Positions 40,374 through 49,227 of a stretch of 64,000 bases of DNA are shown here, piece by piece (position 1 is the first letter of the stretch; the number at the start of each line of letters is the position of its first letter). Position numbers and translations under genes: made by a program. The stretch lies in the NCBI GenBank assembly GCA_964444125.1, contig CAYUFB010000002.1, forward strand, positions 9,075-73,074, in the 5' to 3' direction. The notes under the pieces were generated by a model. The model searched no databases, was not told the DNA's origin, and saw nothing but the letters and a program-made list of their open reading frames with translations. The stretch comes from an uncultured Candidatus Saccharibacteria bacterium (GTDB taxonomy: Bacteria; Patescibacteriota; Dojkabacteria; B142; JAFGMG01).

Positions 40374-41420
40374 TTAGTTAGACTTTCCTTTTAGCTTCCT
40401 TTTCCAATTTTCAAACTTCTCATAATAATGAGTGAAGTTGTATTTGAAGCTTACCGGTATGTCTCTAGCATGGATCCACTTTTCTGCACGTCCTCCAAAT
40501 CCCACCTTAAATAGTCCAAGTCCAGCCCATGGGTCTTCCATGTCAAGTTCGTTTTTTTCATTTAATGGTAGTCCCCAGAAATTGTGTTTCTCTAAACCAC
40601 GTTTCTTTGCTTCTTTAATTGCTTCCCACTGCATCAGATAGCTGGCAGGGATTTTTTGATACTCGCTTAAACTTCCTGAGTGATGATAAACACTTTGATT
40701 ATTGTAGAAATTAAATATGGCAGAAGCTATGTATTTGCCTTCATATTTTGCAAGAAATAGAACATTTTGATCGTCTTCTAAAAAAGCTTCAAATTCATGC
40801 TTTATATAATCAAATGAATATGCTGTCCATTTGTGCCTTTGTACAGTATCTTGGAATATCTCCCAAAAAATTTCCAGTTTGCCTAGATCTTTCGTTTGTT
40901 CAATAGTCACACCCATTTTTGTCGCTTTGCGAATTAAGTATCTGGTGTTTTTGCGCATACTTTGCAGTAGGCTTTCCTCTGTGTCGTTTAGATCAAGAAC
41001 CCATGTTTCTTCCGCATCAATCCCATGCATTTGGGATTTTTTTGTTTCGGTTTCTAATATTTTTGAATTTTCGATTAATGGGCTGATTCTTACAAACCAT
41101 GCACCTTCATTTTTTGCCACTTGTTTTAGCTCGCCTATTACAAACTCTACCAATCTAGTATCCTGCCAGTTTATAACTGGGCCATGTCTAAAATGGAGAT
41201 ACTTGCCTCTTCTTGCTTCAACCTTCGTTCCAAGTGCAACCCCAATTAAATTGTCGTTCTCATAAATACCTAAGCGAAAAATTTTTTGTTTTTGGCTTAT
41301 TAGAAAATTTCCCCAATTCCATGATTGAATAAATGAGGTAGGGGAGGTCGTTTTTCCTGCATTGTTTGTTATAAATTCTTCCCAATTCTTTTTGTCTTCA
41401 ATTTCTTTAATTAAATACAT
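40374..41420 (-). CDS. FemAB-family peptidoglycan cross-bridge aminoacyltransferase, second copy.
   Basis: MRKNTRYLIRKATKMGVTIE plus the overall FemX architecture; 348 aa. Confidence 0.75.
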   Translation of the reverse strand: MYLIKEIEDKKNWEEFITNNAGKTTSPTSFIQSWNWGNFLISQKQKIFRLGIYENDNLIGVALGTKVEARRGKYLHFRHGPVINWQDTRLVEFVIGELKQVAKNEGAWFVRISPLIENSKILETETKKSQMHGIDAEETWVLDLNDTEESLLQSMRKNTRYLIRKATKMGVTIEQTKDLGKLEIFWEIFQDTVQRHKWTAYSFDYIKHEFEAFLEDDQNVLFLAKYEGKYIASAIFNFYNNQSVYHHSGSLSEYQKIPASYLMQWEAIKEAKKRGLEKHNFWGLPLNEKNELDMEDPWAGLGLFKVGFGGRAEKWIHARDIPVSFKYNFTHYYEKFENWKRKLKGKSN

Positions 41421-41423
41421 TTA

Positions 41424-43223
41424 TTAATTTGTGATAATTAGTTTAATTAATTGTGGAGAAAATCGACCTTCAATTAGTATATTGTCACCTTCTTTAACTA
41501 TGTTGTTTAGGAGTTTAACAATATCTAATTCTTGAGTTATGTGATATGTTTCAAAGTCCGCACTAGTATTTTTTATCTCTTCTATTAGTTCGATATCTGT
41601 AGAAATCAACACATCCGAATCTTTGATGATATTTTGCGCAAGTTCTTTGTAGGCTGTTTTTTTGAAACTACCAAGTTCAATTATACCTTTTGTGATAACA
41701 AGTCTCTTTCCTTTGGTTTTGCTAAGAAGTTTTAGTGCTGATTTGAAGCCTTCTGGGTTTGTGTTATAACTATCGTCTAATACATCGGATTTGTTTATTC
41801 CGATTTTCCAAGTTAAGTGTAATTTCTCAAAATTGATTGTCTTGAGTTTGTTTGCGATCTCTTTTGTATCCATGCCCAGTTCGATTGCGACTCCAACAGC
41901 TGCTAGGGCATTTGAGATGTTGTGTCTGATTGATGTTTTGACTTCGGTTGGGTATTCAACATCTTTGTAGCGAATAACAAAGCTAAAGCCATCATCCTTT
42001 GGCGTTATGTTTTTTGCATAAAGCATGCCTTTTGCTGGATCAGGAAACTCAGTTTTTGACTCAGGTTCAAATGAATGCGCTATTTCAGTTTCCTCGTCGA
42101 TAGTATAGTACATCAATTTGCGTTTTGTAGTTTTGGTTGCCATCTGTAGACAATGTTGGTTGTTTGCATTAAATATCGCCAATCCTTCTTGTTTTAAGTT
42201 CTCAACTATTTCGTTTTTTGCCTTGACCAGATTTGACATGGATCCAAAAAGAGAGAGATGTTGAGGAGTGATACCAGTTACAATTGATATGTCCGGAACC
42301 AACAAATTTGTTGATTGAGCAATTTCACCTTTCTTGTATGCACCCATTTCTGCAATAAATACCTCGGTCTCTGCTTTCAGATTTCGAATAATTGACTCTG
42401 CTACACCGACTGTGGAGTTAAAGTTCTCGTCGGTTTTGGCTGTTTTGAAGCTATCCTTGATAAGTTCGTATACAATTTCTTTTGTGCTTGATTTGCCATA
42501 GCTCCCAGTGATAGCAATCACCTTAAATCCTTTGTGTGCAGTTACTTTTGCTTTTGCACTTTTGATAGTTTTTTTCCTTTTGTATTGCGCAAGAGGTTCG
42601 GTCATCACTGCCCAAAATGCAACTGGAAAAGGGGAGGCTAGATCCATACCCAAGACCAAAATATTTGTGAGCATAAGGATGGCAATTGCTAGTGGGATTC
42701 TTTGAATATCATAGTCGTCATCAGTTTGGATCAAAATATCATCGAATCCAACAATTTGGTAGTCTAGTTTTTCTTCAACTTTCTCGATCTCTGGTCTTTG
42801 ATATATTTCATAAATTGTTTTGATTGGTATGAAAAGAGGCAACACCAGAGTTATAAATGCAAGTAGGGTAATCAATAGATTTCTGATGCTTTTTTTGGGG
42901 CGAACTAGTTTGCTGGAAAGAATATCTTGTAATCTATCAAGGCCTTCGAAAATGTAGGTCGCAAATGTAAGGACAGGAATGATCAATAAATAGTTTGACG
43001 GGACAAAAAAGAATGCCAGAGAAAAGCTAAAGAGAATTAGTTGAACAAAGTTAATTAGTACTGATCTATAGCTTTTGGCCTCGTGATATTTGAGGTATGA
43101 CACAATCCGATCTACTCTATATTCCTTGATCTGCCAAATATAGGTGTCATGGAAGATATTTCTAATGACAACCAGTATTGCCGGCAAGGAAAAAAATATT
43201 ACTAGTAGTATAAGTCCAGTCAT
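41424..43223 (-). CDS. murF: MurF-like Mur ligase (UDP-MurNAc-tripeptide--D-Ala-D-Ala ligase family). The usual N-terminal domain is replaced by a polytopic membrane domain of about 210 aa.
   Basis: P-loop VIAITGSYGKSSTKE and the C-terminal LDDSYNTNPEGFKSAL signature (MurF DDSYNANP). There are at least 6 hydrophobic helices in residues 1-210. Confidence 0.75.
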   Translation of the reverse strand: MTGLILLVIFFSLPAILVVIRNIFHDTYIWQIKEYRVDRIVSYLKYHEAKSYRSVLINFVQLILFSFSLAFFFVPSNYLLIIPVLTFATYIFEGLDRLQDILSSKLVRPKKSIRNLLITLLAFITLVLPLFIPIKTIYEIYQRPEIEKVEEKLDYQIVGFDDILIQTDDDYDIQRIPLAIAILMLTNILVLGMDLASPFPVAFWAVMTEPLAQYKRKKTIKSAKAKVTAHKGFKVIAITGSYGKSSTKEIVYELIKDSFKTAKTDENFNSTVGVAESIIRNLKAETEVFIAEMGAYKKGEIAQSTNLLVPDISIVTGITPQHLSLFGSMSNLVKAKNEIVENLKQEGLAIFNANNQHCLQMATKTTKRKLMYYTIDEETEIAHSFEPESKTEFPDPAKGMLYAKNITPKDDGFSFVIRYKDVEYPTEVKTSIRHNISNALAAVGVAIELGMDTKEIANKLKTINFEKLHLTWKIGINKSDVLDDSYNTNPEGFKSALKLLSKTKGKRLVITKGIIELGSFKKTAYKELAQNIIKDSDVLISTDIELIEEIKNTSADFETYHITQELDIVKLLNNIVKEGDNILIEGRFSPQLIKLIITN

Positions 43224-43389
43224 TATTTTTTATAAAATTATATGCTAAGTATAGCAGTAAGTAATTTGTTCGACTAGACAGATTTATTAGTAACATTATC
43301 TTTTTATTTTGCTGCTTGTCGTTAGCGTATGGTAATTAGTTTTGCTCTGTGCTAGTATTCATGTATTATTTAATTATTAAATTAGTGTT

Positions 43390-43698
43390 ATGGTAGAAGT
43401 AGTAGCGGCTGAAAAAGTCGAAGCAAAAGTAGTAAATGAAAGTTCCAATGGGACAGCGGATTTGATGGCACTTGGTTCTCTTATTCTAGGTATAATCAAT
43501 CTTTGTTCATGGTGTATTCCTTTCTGTGGATGCCCAATGTCAATAATTGGACTAGTATTAGGATTTCTTGGATTGAAGTCAAAAAAGAATGCAATGTTTG
43601 CAAAGGTTGGTATCGTATTGTCAGGTTTGGGACTTCTAGCATCAATAGTAAATGGAATTGCTGGAGTTGTACTAAATACATCAACTTTTTCATTCTAA
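43390..43698 (+). CDS. Small two-TM membrane protein.
   Basis: 102 aa with two hydrophobic helices around a KSKKNAMFAK loop. Confidence 0.5.
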   Translation: MVEVVAAEKVEAKVVNESSNGTADLMALGSLILGIINLCSWCIPFCGCPMSIIGLVLGFLGLKSKKNAMFAKVGIVLSGLGLLASIVNGIAGVVLNTSTFSF

Positions 43699-43726
43699 AA
43701 TTTGATAATTAAATCAACTTAAATAA

Positions 43727-43758
43727 AGCAGCCCAGGAAACTCGGTTGCTTTTTTTTA
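43727..43758 (+). terminator. Rho-independent terminator: AGCAGCC stem, loop, GGTTGCT, followed by T8.
   Basis: 7-bp stem with one G-U pair plus a T-run, immediately after the 43390-43698 gene. Confidence 0.55.
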
Positions 43759-43777
43759 TATATAATTTGTTAATCAT

Positions 43778-44344
43778 ATGATGGACCCAGATAAGCCAGT
43801 TAGAATAGATGAACATTCCAGAAATATTTGGAGTCCGGAAAAAACGACTCCACAAGACTTTGTTAATTCTTTTATTGGTGCCTTGAATGCTAGACAGGAG
43901 CATATATTCTACAAGAACTATCCGCAAAATGAGCAGGTTGGATTGGTAGATGCACAGATATTATCGAAAATAATTAATCAGTATGTCTTGCTTCGGTATC
44001 CAGATGTGTCTTTTAATGAAGTGGAAAGGGAAGATATTGGGGAAATAGTCCAAGAGGCTAATCGACTTCTCCCGATGGAATTTAATGACTGGGTCGATGG
44101 TTGTTTGATGCCTTTTGGGAACAAGAGATCTAGAGGAAAGAAATATTTTGCAAATATAGTTTCAGGTTGTATGGTTGATGGATCGCATGAACCTTTTTCT
44201 GATGAAGACAAAGCCCTAGCATTAAGATCATGGCTTATTGAAGTAGATAGATTTGTAGAAGATCATATTGGTGAGTTTGATAAACAGATGAGGATATTTA
44301 ATCAACAAACTCCTTTATTAGTTGCGCAATCTTTTTTGGATTAG
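43778..44344 (+). CDS. Hypothetical protein.
   Basis: 188-aa ORF with no recognised domain. Confidence 0.5.
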   Translation: MMDPDKPVRIDEHSRNIWSPEKTTPQDFVNSFIGALNARQEHIFYKNYPQNEQVGLVDAQILSKIINQYVLLRYPDVSFNEVEREDIGEIVQEANRLLPMEFNDWVDGCLMPFGNKRSRGKKYFANIVSGCMVDGSHEPFSDEDKALALRSWLIEVDRFVEDHIGEFDKQMRIFNQQTPLLVAQSFLD

Positions 44345-45038
44345 TCAAAGGGATGCCATGGCTTCCTTCGATAATTTCTAATTTTGAGTTTAGAATTAGT
44401 TTATGTAGTTTCTGACCCATGGCAAGTGGGGTTACTTTATCATCTTTGCCCCAGATTATAAGTGTTGGAATTTGGATTCTTTTGAAATTTTCTTCCAAAT
44501 CTTCGTTTGTAACTCTTCTGAACTGTTCTTGAGTCTTGGAAGAATCTACATAATCTCTTTCTCTAATTATATAGTAATAAATGAATTTTCGAAGTTTTGA
44601 TTCAAGATTTGTAGGTAAAACGGACAAAATGAACTTGAAAATTTTTGAAAAAGGTAATAATGTTTTTGCTTTTAGAGTTTTGTATCTTAACCCAGAAGAA
44701 GAGCAGAGTATAATCTTCTCTACACTAATTTCATCGTTACTTGCAATAAATCCAACCAAGCTACCACCAAAGGAATGGCCAAATAATATGAATTCTTTTT
44801 CTTTCACATACTCTTTGATGAAGTCTTCTACAAATTCTGCATAATCTTTGACGCCCCAGTAACTAGGTGGAGCAGGGGATACTCCAAATCCTGGTAATTC
44901 TAGGTTGTATACTTTGAATCTAAGCTTGGCTAACTCGTTTTGGAGTGCGCTCAAGCTTTTTATGCTGGCATTCTTGGCCCACCCATGAATGAGAATTATC
45001 GCTTTGCCAGTTCCTTTTATTGTGTAGTTTGTCTGCAT
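44298..45038 (-). CDS. Alpha/beta-fold hydrolase.
   Basis: IILIHGW (oxyanion) and GHSFGG (nucleophile elbow GxSxG). Confidence 0.75.
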   Translation of the reverse strand: MQTNYTIKGTGKAIILIHGWAKNASIKSLSALQNELAKLRFKVYNLELPGFGVSPAPPSYWGVKDYAEFVEDFIKEYVKEKEFILFGHSFGGSLVGFIASNDEISVEKIILCSSSGLRYKTLKAKTLLPFSKIFKFILSVLPTNLESKLRKFIYYYIIRERDYVDSSKTQEQFRRVTNEDLEENFKRIQIPTLIIWGKDDKVTPLAMGQKLHKLILNSKLEIIEGSHGIPLTNPKKIAQLIKEFVD

Positions 45039-45079
45039 AGTGCCTTAAGTATACAGTTTGTACAAACGCATGTACAAGA

Positions 45080-45137
45080 AATTGTGTGCATTTGATAGGT
45101 GCACACAATTGACAAAATGTACAAAATACCTTATCAT
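45080..45137 (+). promoter_or_regulatory. rpsO promoter region. An 11-bp perfect palindrome AATTGTGTGCA-N9-TGCACACAATT (45080-45110) overlaps the -35 TTGACA (45109-45114). The -10 TATCAT lies at 45132-45137.
   Basis: Read directly from the sequence. There is a 17-nt spacer between the -35 and -10, and TGTACAA recurs three times nearby. Confidence 0.5.
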
Positions 45138-45213
45138 TATTTTGACTTTTACTTTGGTAGGTATGCAGCCAGCATCTTACTGAGGTTTTAGATTAATTGT
45201 TACAAAAAATATT

Positions 45214-45486
45214 ATGGCAGTAGATAACACAAAGAAAGCTGAGATAATCAAGAAATATCAGCAATCAGATAGTGATACAGGATCCCCTCAAGTTCAGATT
45301 GCTTTATTGACACAAAAAATCAATGATTTGGCTAGTCACTTGAAGACTCACAAAAAAGATAAGCATTCTAGAAGAGGTTTGATTGTCATGGTTGGAAAAA
45401 GAAGAAAATTAATCAAGTATCTTGAGAGAAAAGAAGGATCAGTTGTCGTTTCTAAGCTTCTTAGAGATTTGGGATTAGAAAAATAA
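45214..45486 (+). CDS. rpsO: 30S ribosomal protein S15.
   Basis: 90 aa; [25 protein letters not shown] is a typical S15 sequence. Confidence 0.95.
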   Translation: MAVDNTKKAEIIKKYQQSDSDTGSPQVQIALLTQKINDLASHLKTHKKDKHSRRGLIVMVGKRRKLIKYLERKEGSVVVSKLLRDLGLEK

Positions 45487-45509
45487 TCAATAGTTAGTAG
45501 AAATTATCA

Positions 45510-45540
45510 AGACCCGGCGAATCGCTGGGTCTTTTTTGTT
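45510..45540 (+). terminator. Rho-independent terminator of rpsO: GACCCGGCG aatc GCTGGGTC then TTTTTTGTTTG.
   Basis: 9-bp GC-rich stem followed by a T-run. Confidence 0.7.
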
Positions 45541-45588
45541 TGAAATTTGATTTTGATATAGACTGTAGTTGATATTATTTTCAAATAA

Positions 45589-46704
45589 TTGAAAGTTCTT
45601 TGGAAAACAACACAATCTAATAAACCAATAGTTAGGCACAGGCCAAAACGTTTCTCATTTAGGCCGAATATCAAGCCAAGGATCAAAATTGACAAAAGAA
45701 GCGCGGGTAGATTTAGAAGAAAGCTTACAATTTTTACTCCACTTTTGCGTATTATCAAGTCCAATTTTCAATATGTTTTGATTGTTTTTTCTTTGCTTAT
45801 TATCGGGTTGTTTTTTTATGGGATCTTTCAGACAAATGTATTTGATGTCAAAAAGATTAGAATAGAGGGGGTTGAAAATGTGGATAGGGAAAGATTGGCT
45901 GAAGTTGTCGGTAAGTATAAGGATAGAAACATCTATTCAATAAATCTATCGGATATTGAGGACGAGGTTTTGAATTCCTCTGTTTATATAAAAAATGTCT
46001 ATGCTAGAAAACAATTGCCTTCCACAATTATCATTGAAATTAAAGAAAGGTATCCAACTCTTGTTATTCTAAATTTTGATGGTGTGTATCTTATCGATGC
46101 AGAAAACATTGTAACTTCAAACCCTATAAATCAATCGATAGATTTTAGTGAGGACGAATGGTACGTCTATCATACAAATTCACTTGATAATTTGATTATC
46201 AAAAATAGGATAATGGCTAATTTGAAAGAGGGAGATCCGGAATTTGACGAAGAGTCGTTTGATTATGAAAATTATGATGTTACCATCAAGCAACGGATCA
46301 AAAACGAAATAAAGCAGGAGATGGATCAGGCTATTGCTGCGCATTTCTCATCTCTTGAACAGGTAGTCAATGAAAGTGAGTATGCAGGACTTCCAAGAGT
46401 CTATTTTTATGATGGTGGTAGCTACAATCAAGAAGATAGGTTAGTGCTTGATCAGATCACTGATGTAGAAAAAGTGGTCAAATATTTTGAGAGGCTTGAT
46501 AGGTATTCAATCACAAAAATTGCCTGGGTGACCAAATTTAGCTTGAAAGTAGAAACCTTAGAAGGTAAGATATTTATGTTTGGAGATAATAGAGATATTG
46601 ATAAGCAGATAGACGACCTTGATGTGATACTTGTCGAACTGTCCTTAAGTGGCAAAGATTTCACAACAATCAATCTCCAAAGTGAAATCATTGGGGTTAA
46701 ATAA
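45589..46704 (+). CDS. ftsQ: Cell division protein FtsQ/DivIB (POTRA domain).
   Basis: Basic N-terminus, single TM helix, the POTRA segment VKKIRIEGVENV...NIYSINL, and synteny with ftsA-ftsZ. Confidence 0.72.
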   Translation: MKVLWKTTQSNKPIVRHRPKRFSFRPNIKPRIKIDKRSAGRFRRKLTIFTPLLRIIKSNFQYVLIVFSLLIIGLFFYGIFQTNVFDVKKIRIEGVENVDRERLAEVVGKYKDRNIYSINLSDIEDEVLNSSVYIKNVYARKQLPSTIIIEIKERYPTLVILNFDGVYLIDAENIVTSNPINQSIDFSEDEWYVYHTNSLDNLIIKNRIMANLKEGDPEFDEESFDYENYDVTIKQRIKNEIKQEMDQAIAAHFSSLEQVVNESEYAGLPRVYFYDGGSYNQEDRLVLDQITDVEKVVKYFERLDRYSITKIAWVTKFSLKVETLEGKIFMFGDNRDIDKQIDDLDVILVELSLSGKDFTTINLQSEIIGVK

Positions 46705-46721
46705 TATACAATTTTTTTATT

Positions 46722-47663
46722 TTGAGTATGAAAAAATATTTGTGTTTATTGTTGATATTGATAGTGGTTGGGTTCGGATCATTTGCAAATATGGTTTTGG
46801 CACAGGAGGCGTCTGATATAATACGGCTAACTTGTACTGAAATCTATGGGAAAAACTTAGAAAGACTTGAATGTAGCGATGATTCAATCTGTAATAGTGA
46901 AAAAAGTTACTACTTGGATAATCATGATGGCAAGTGCGAGATCGCTGCTGGTGATTGTAGGCCAGGCTAACTTGTATGTAAAAATGCTGAATCTATACAA
47001 GGTTTTTTCGAATATTGTTGTGATACAAATCCATCATCTCTGTTTGATCCTAATAACACGAATATTCCTATTGAGGATAGGGTATCTTGTAATGATGATA
47101 AATTGAAAAAGTCAATTAGTGCTGAAAGTAGTCTTGATCAGGGGATGAAGGTAAATAATTGTAGGTCATTGTCTAGTGCAGAAGATGTAAACAATATTAC
47201 GAAATGCGATTTTGAACATTTTTGCTCAATTGATAATTCTCCATATTGTTGTGATTATACCCCACCAGGCACGCAAGTAGTAGATTCAGTCTCAGAAGAC
47301 TCATTTAAGTGGTGTAAGGATATGGATGGAGAAGAATTGCAGAGATGTTCGGAATGTATAGGAACAAGATCAAATCCAACAGGGGCGATATGGACGGAGC
47401 TTGGATGTATTGACCCATCTCCAGCAGGGATCATAACGAGGATATTCTAGATAGGTATAGGAATTATGGGAGGAGTGATAATAATCAGGTTGATACAGAT
47501 TTCGTTGTTATACTTGAAAGAAGATGCGCAGAGTATAGAGGAGGCAAGAGATATGCTAACAAGTTTGATAATGGGATTAATATTATTGGTAGGAGGAGTA
47601 GTGTTATTACAATTTGTGGGAGTAAATATCCTAGGACTTCCTGAGGGTTATCTTGGAGGTTAA
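46722..47663 (+). pseudogene. Decayed paralog of the hairpin-protein family. One reading frame is broken by an in-frame TAA (46968-46970) and an in-frame TAG (47448-47450).
   Basis: Signal peptide, Cys-rich ectodomain, the conserved NPTGAIWTELGCIDPSPAGIITRIF segment and the two-TM hairpin are all in one frame. TAG 47448 corresponds to CAG in the intact paralog at 59148. Confidence 0.6.
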
Positions 47664-47861
47664 ATATTGATAATTGTCAACAATTCCAAATCGGTTCTTT
47701 AAATATTTTCATAATTGCTCTAATATTTATTTTGTTTTATTAAGTACAACAGGCAAATTTTGAGTGAAGAATAATTTAATACAGATAGTTGATTGTTGTT
47801 ATTAATTAAATTATACTACTTACAAGCAAAAAGTTTTTTTATAAGAATTTTTTAATCAATT

Positions 47862-49142
47862 ATGGCAAACAGAATAGTTACAGCGATAGATATTGGCTCT
47901 ACAAAGATTTGCACTACAATTGCTTCAATAGAAGAAGACAGGCAACCATCAGTAATTGGCGTTGCAAGTTATCCAAGTAATGGTATGAAGAAAGGCGTGG
48001 TGGTCAATATAGACGAAGCAATCAATGCAATAGCTTCATCTTTGGAGGCAGCAGAGAGAATGGCAGGGCTTACAGTTTCTTCAGTGTATATTTCCATAAA
48101 CGGCAAACATATTACAAGTACCAATAACAAAGGGGTTGTTGCTGTTGCGCAAGATGAGATAGTTACTGATGATGTGTTTAGGGCTATTGAGAGTGCAAGA
48201 ACGGTATCAATACCTCCTTCAAGAGAGATATTGCACGTTATCCCTAGAGAATTTATTGTTGATGCGCAAGGGGGTATCAAAGATCCAGTAGGGATGACAG
48301 GTACCAGGCTTGAGGTTGATGCTCATATAGTATCTGCAACTAGCACCTCTTTGCATAACTTGATTAAATGTGTGCAACAATTAGGTCTTAAGGTTGAAGA
48401 TGTTGTTTTTAGCGGATGGGCAGCTGCAACAAGCGTATTAACTGCAACAGAAAAAGAACTTGGAGTTACATTGCTTGATATCGGTGGTGGTACAACTTCA
48501 ATTACAACTTTTGTCGAGGATGCTATTACATATAGTGGATGCATTCCTTTTGGAGGTACTAACGTAACTAGTGATTTGGCTATTGGACTTCGGGTATCAT
48601 TAGAAGATGCAGAGAGAATCAAGTTGAACACAGAAGAACTGATGAGAAGTTCTGCAAGAAGAAGAACTGAAGATAAAGAAAAAGATGAAGAAAAATCCAA
48701 AAAGCAAAGCGATATTATCGATATTAGTTCACTAGAAGTTGAAGGAATGAAAACTATTTCAAGAAAAATGTTTGAAGATATTATTGAGGCTAGATTAAGT
48801 GAAATATTTGATCTTATTATTGATCAAGTAGAACAATCTGATAATGAGATCAAATTACCAGCAGGTATTGTTCTTACTGGTGGAGCAGCTTTGATCCCAG
48901 GCATTACAACTATTGCAAAGAAAGTTTTTGGGGTACCTGCAAGAGTGGGCTATCCGAAAGGACTTGAAGGCTTGATTGATGAAATCAATAGCCCTGCTTA
49001 TGCAGTAAGTCAAGGTCTGATTCTTTATGGATCACAGGATGAATCAGGTGGCAGAAACTTAGGTATCTCAGGAAGTGTTGGAGACAAGGGTGATGGATTT
49101 GTATCCAAGATTGGAAGTTTCTTTAAAAATTTATTGCCATAA
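47862..49142 (+). CDS. ftsA: Cell division protein FtsA.
   Basis: Actin-like ATPase with AIDIGSTKICT and DIGGGTT motifs; 426 aa. Confidence 0.9.
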   Translation: MANRIVTAIDIGSTKICTTIASIEEDRQPSVIGVASYPSNGMKKGVVVNIDEAINAIASSLEAAERMAGLTVSSVYISINGKHITSTNNKGVVAVAQDEIVTDDVFRAIESARTVSIPPSREILHVIPREFIVDAQGGIKDPVGMTGTRLEVDAHIVSATSTSLHNLIKCVQQLGLKVEDVVFSGWAAATSVLTATEKELGVTLLDIGGGTTSITTFVEDAITYSGCIPFGGTNVTSDLAIGLRVSLEDAERIKLNTEELMRSSARRRTEDKEKDEEKSKKQSDIIDISSLEVEGMKTISRKMFEDIIEARLSEIFDLIIDQVEQSDNEIKLPAGIVLTGGAALIPGITTIAKKVFGVPARVGYPKGLEGLIDEINSPAYAVSQGLILYGSQDESGGRNLGISGSVGDKGDGFVSKIGSFFKNLLP

Positions 49143-49227
49143 GCTTGAACAAAACGACGAAATTGTCTAGACTATGTGTAGTTTCGAGACAGAGAATTTA
49201 TAAATTAATGTTTAATAAATATAATCA

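Noticed and set aside
43390-43698. The small two-TM protein, considered as an eighth member of the hairpin family.
   Set aside because: It has no cleavable signal peptide, its loop is basic (KSKKNAMFAK) rather than GDP(E/Q)K-acidic, and it is unlinked to the array. It looks like a generic DUF4190-type membrane protein.
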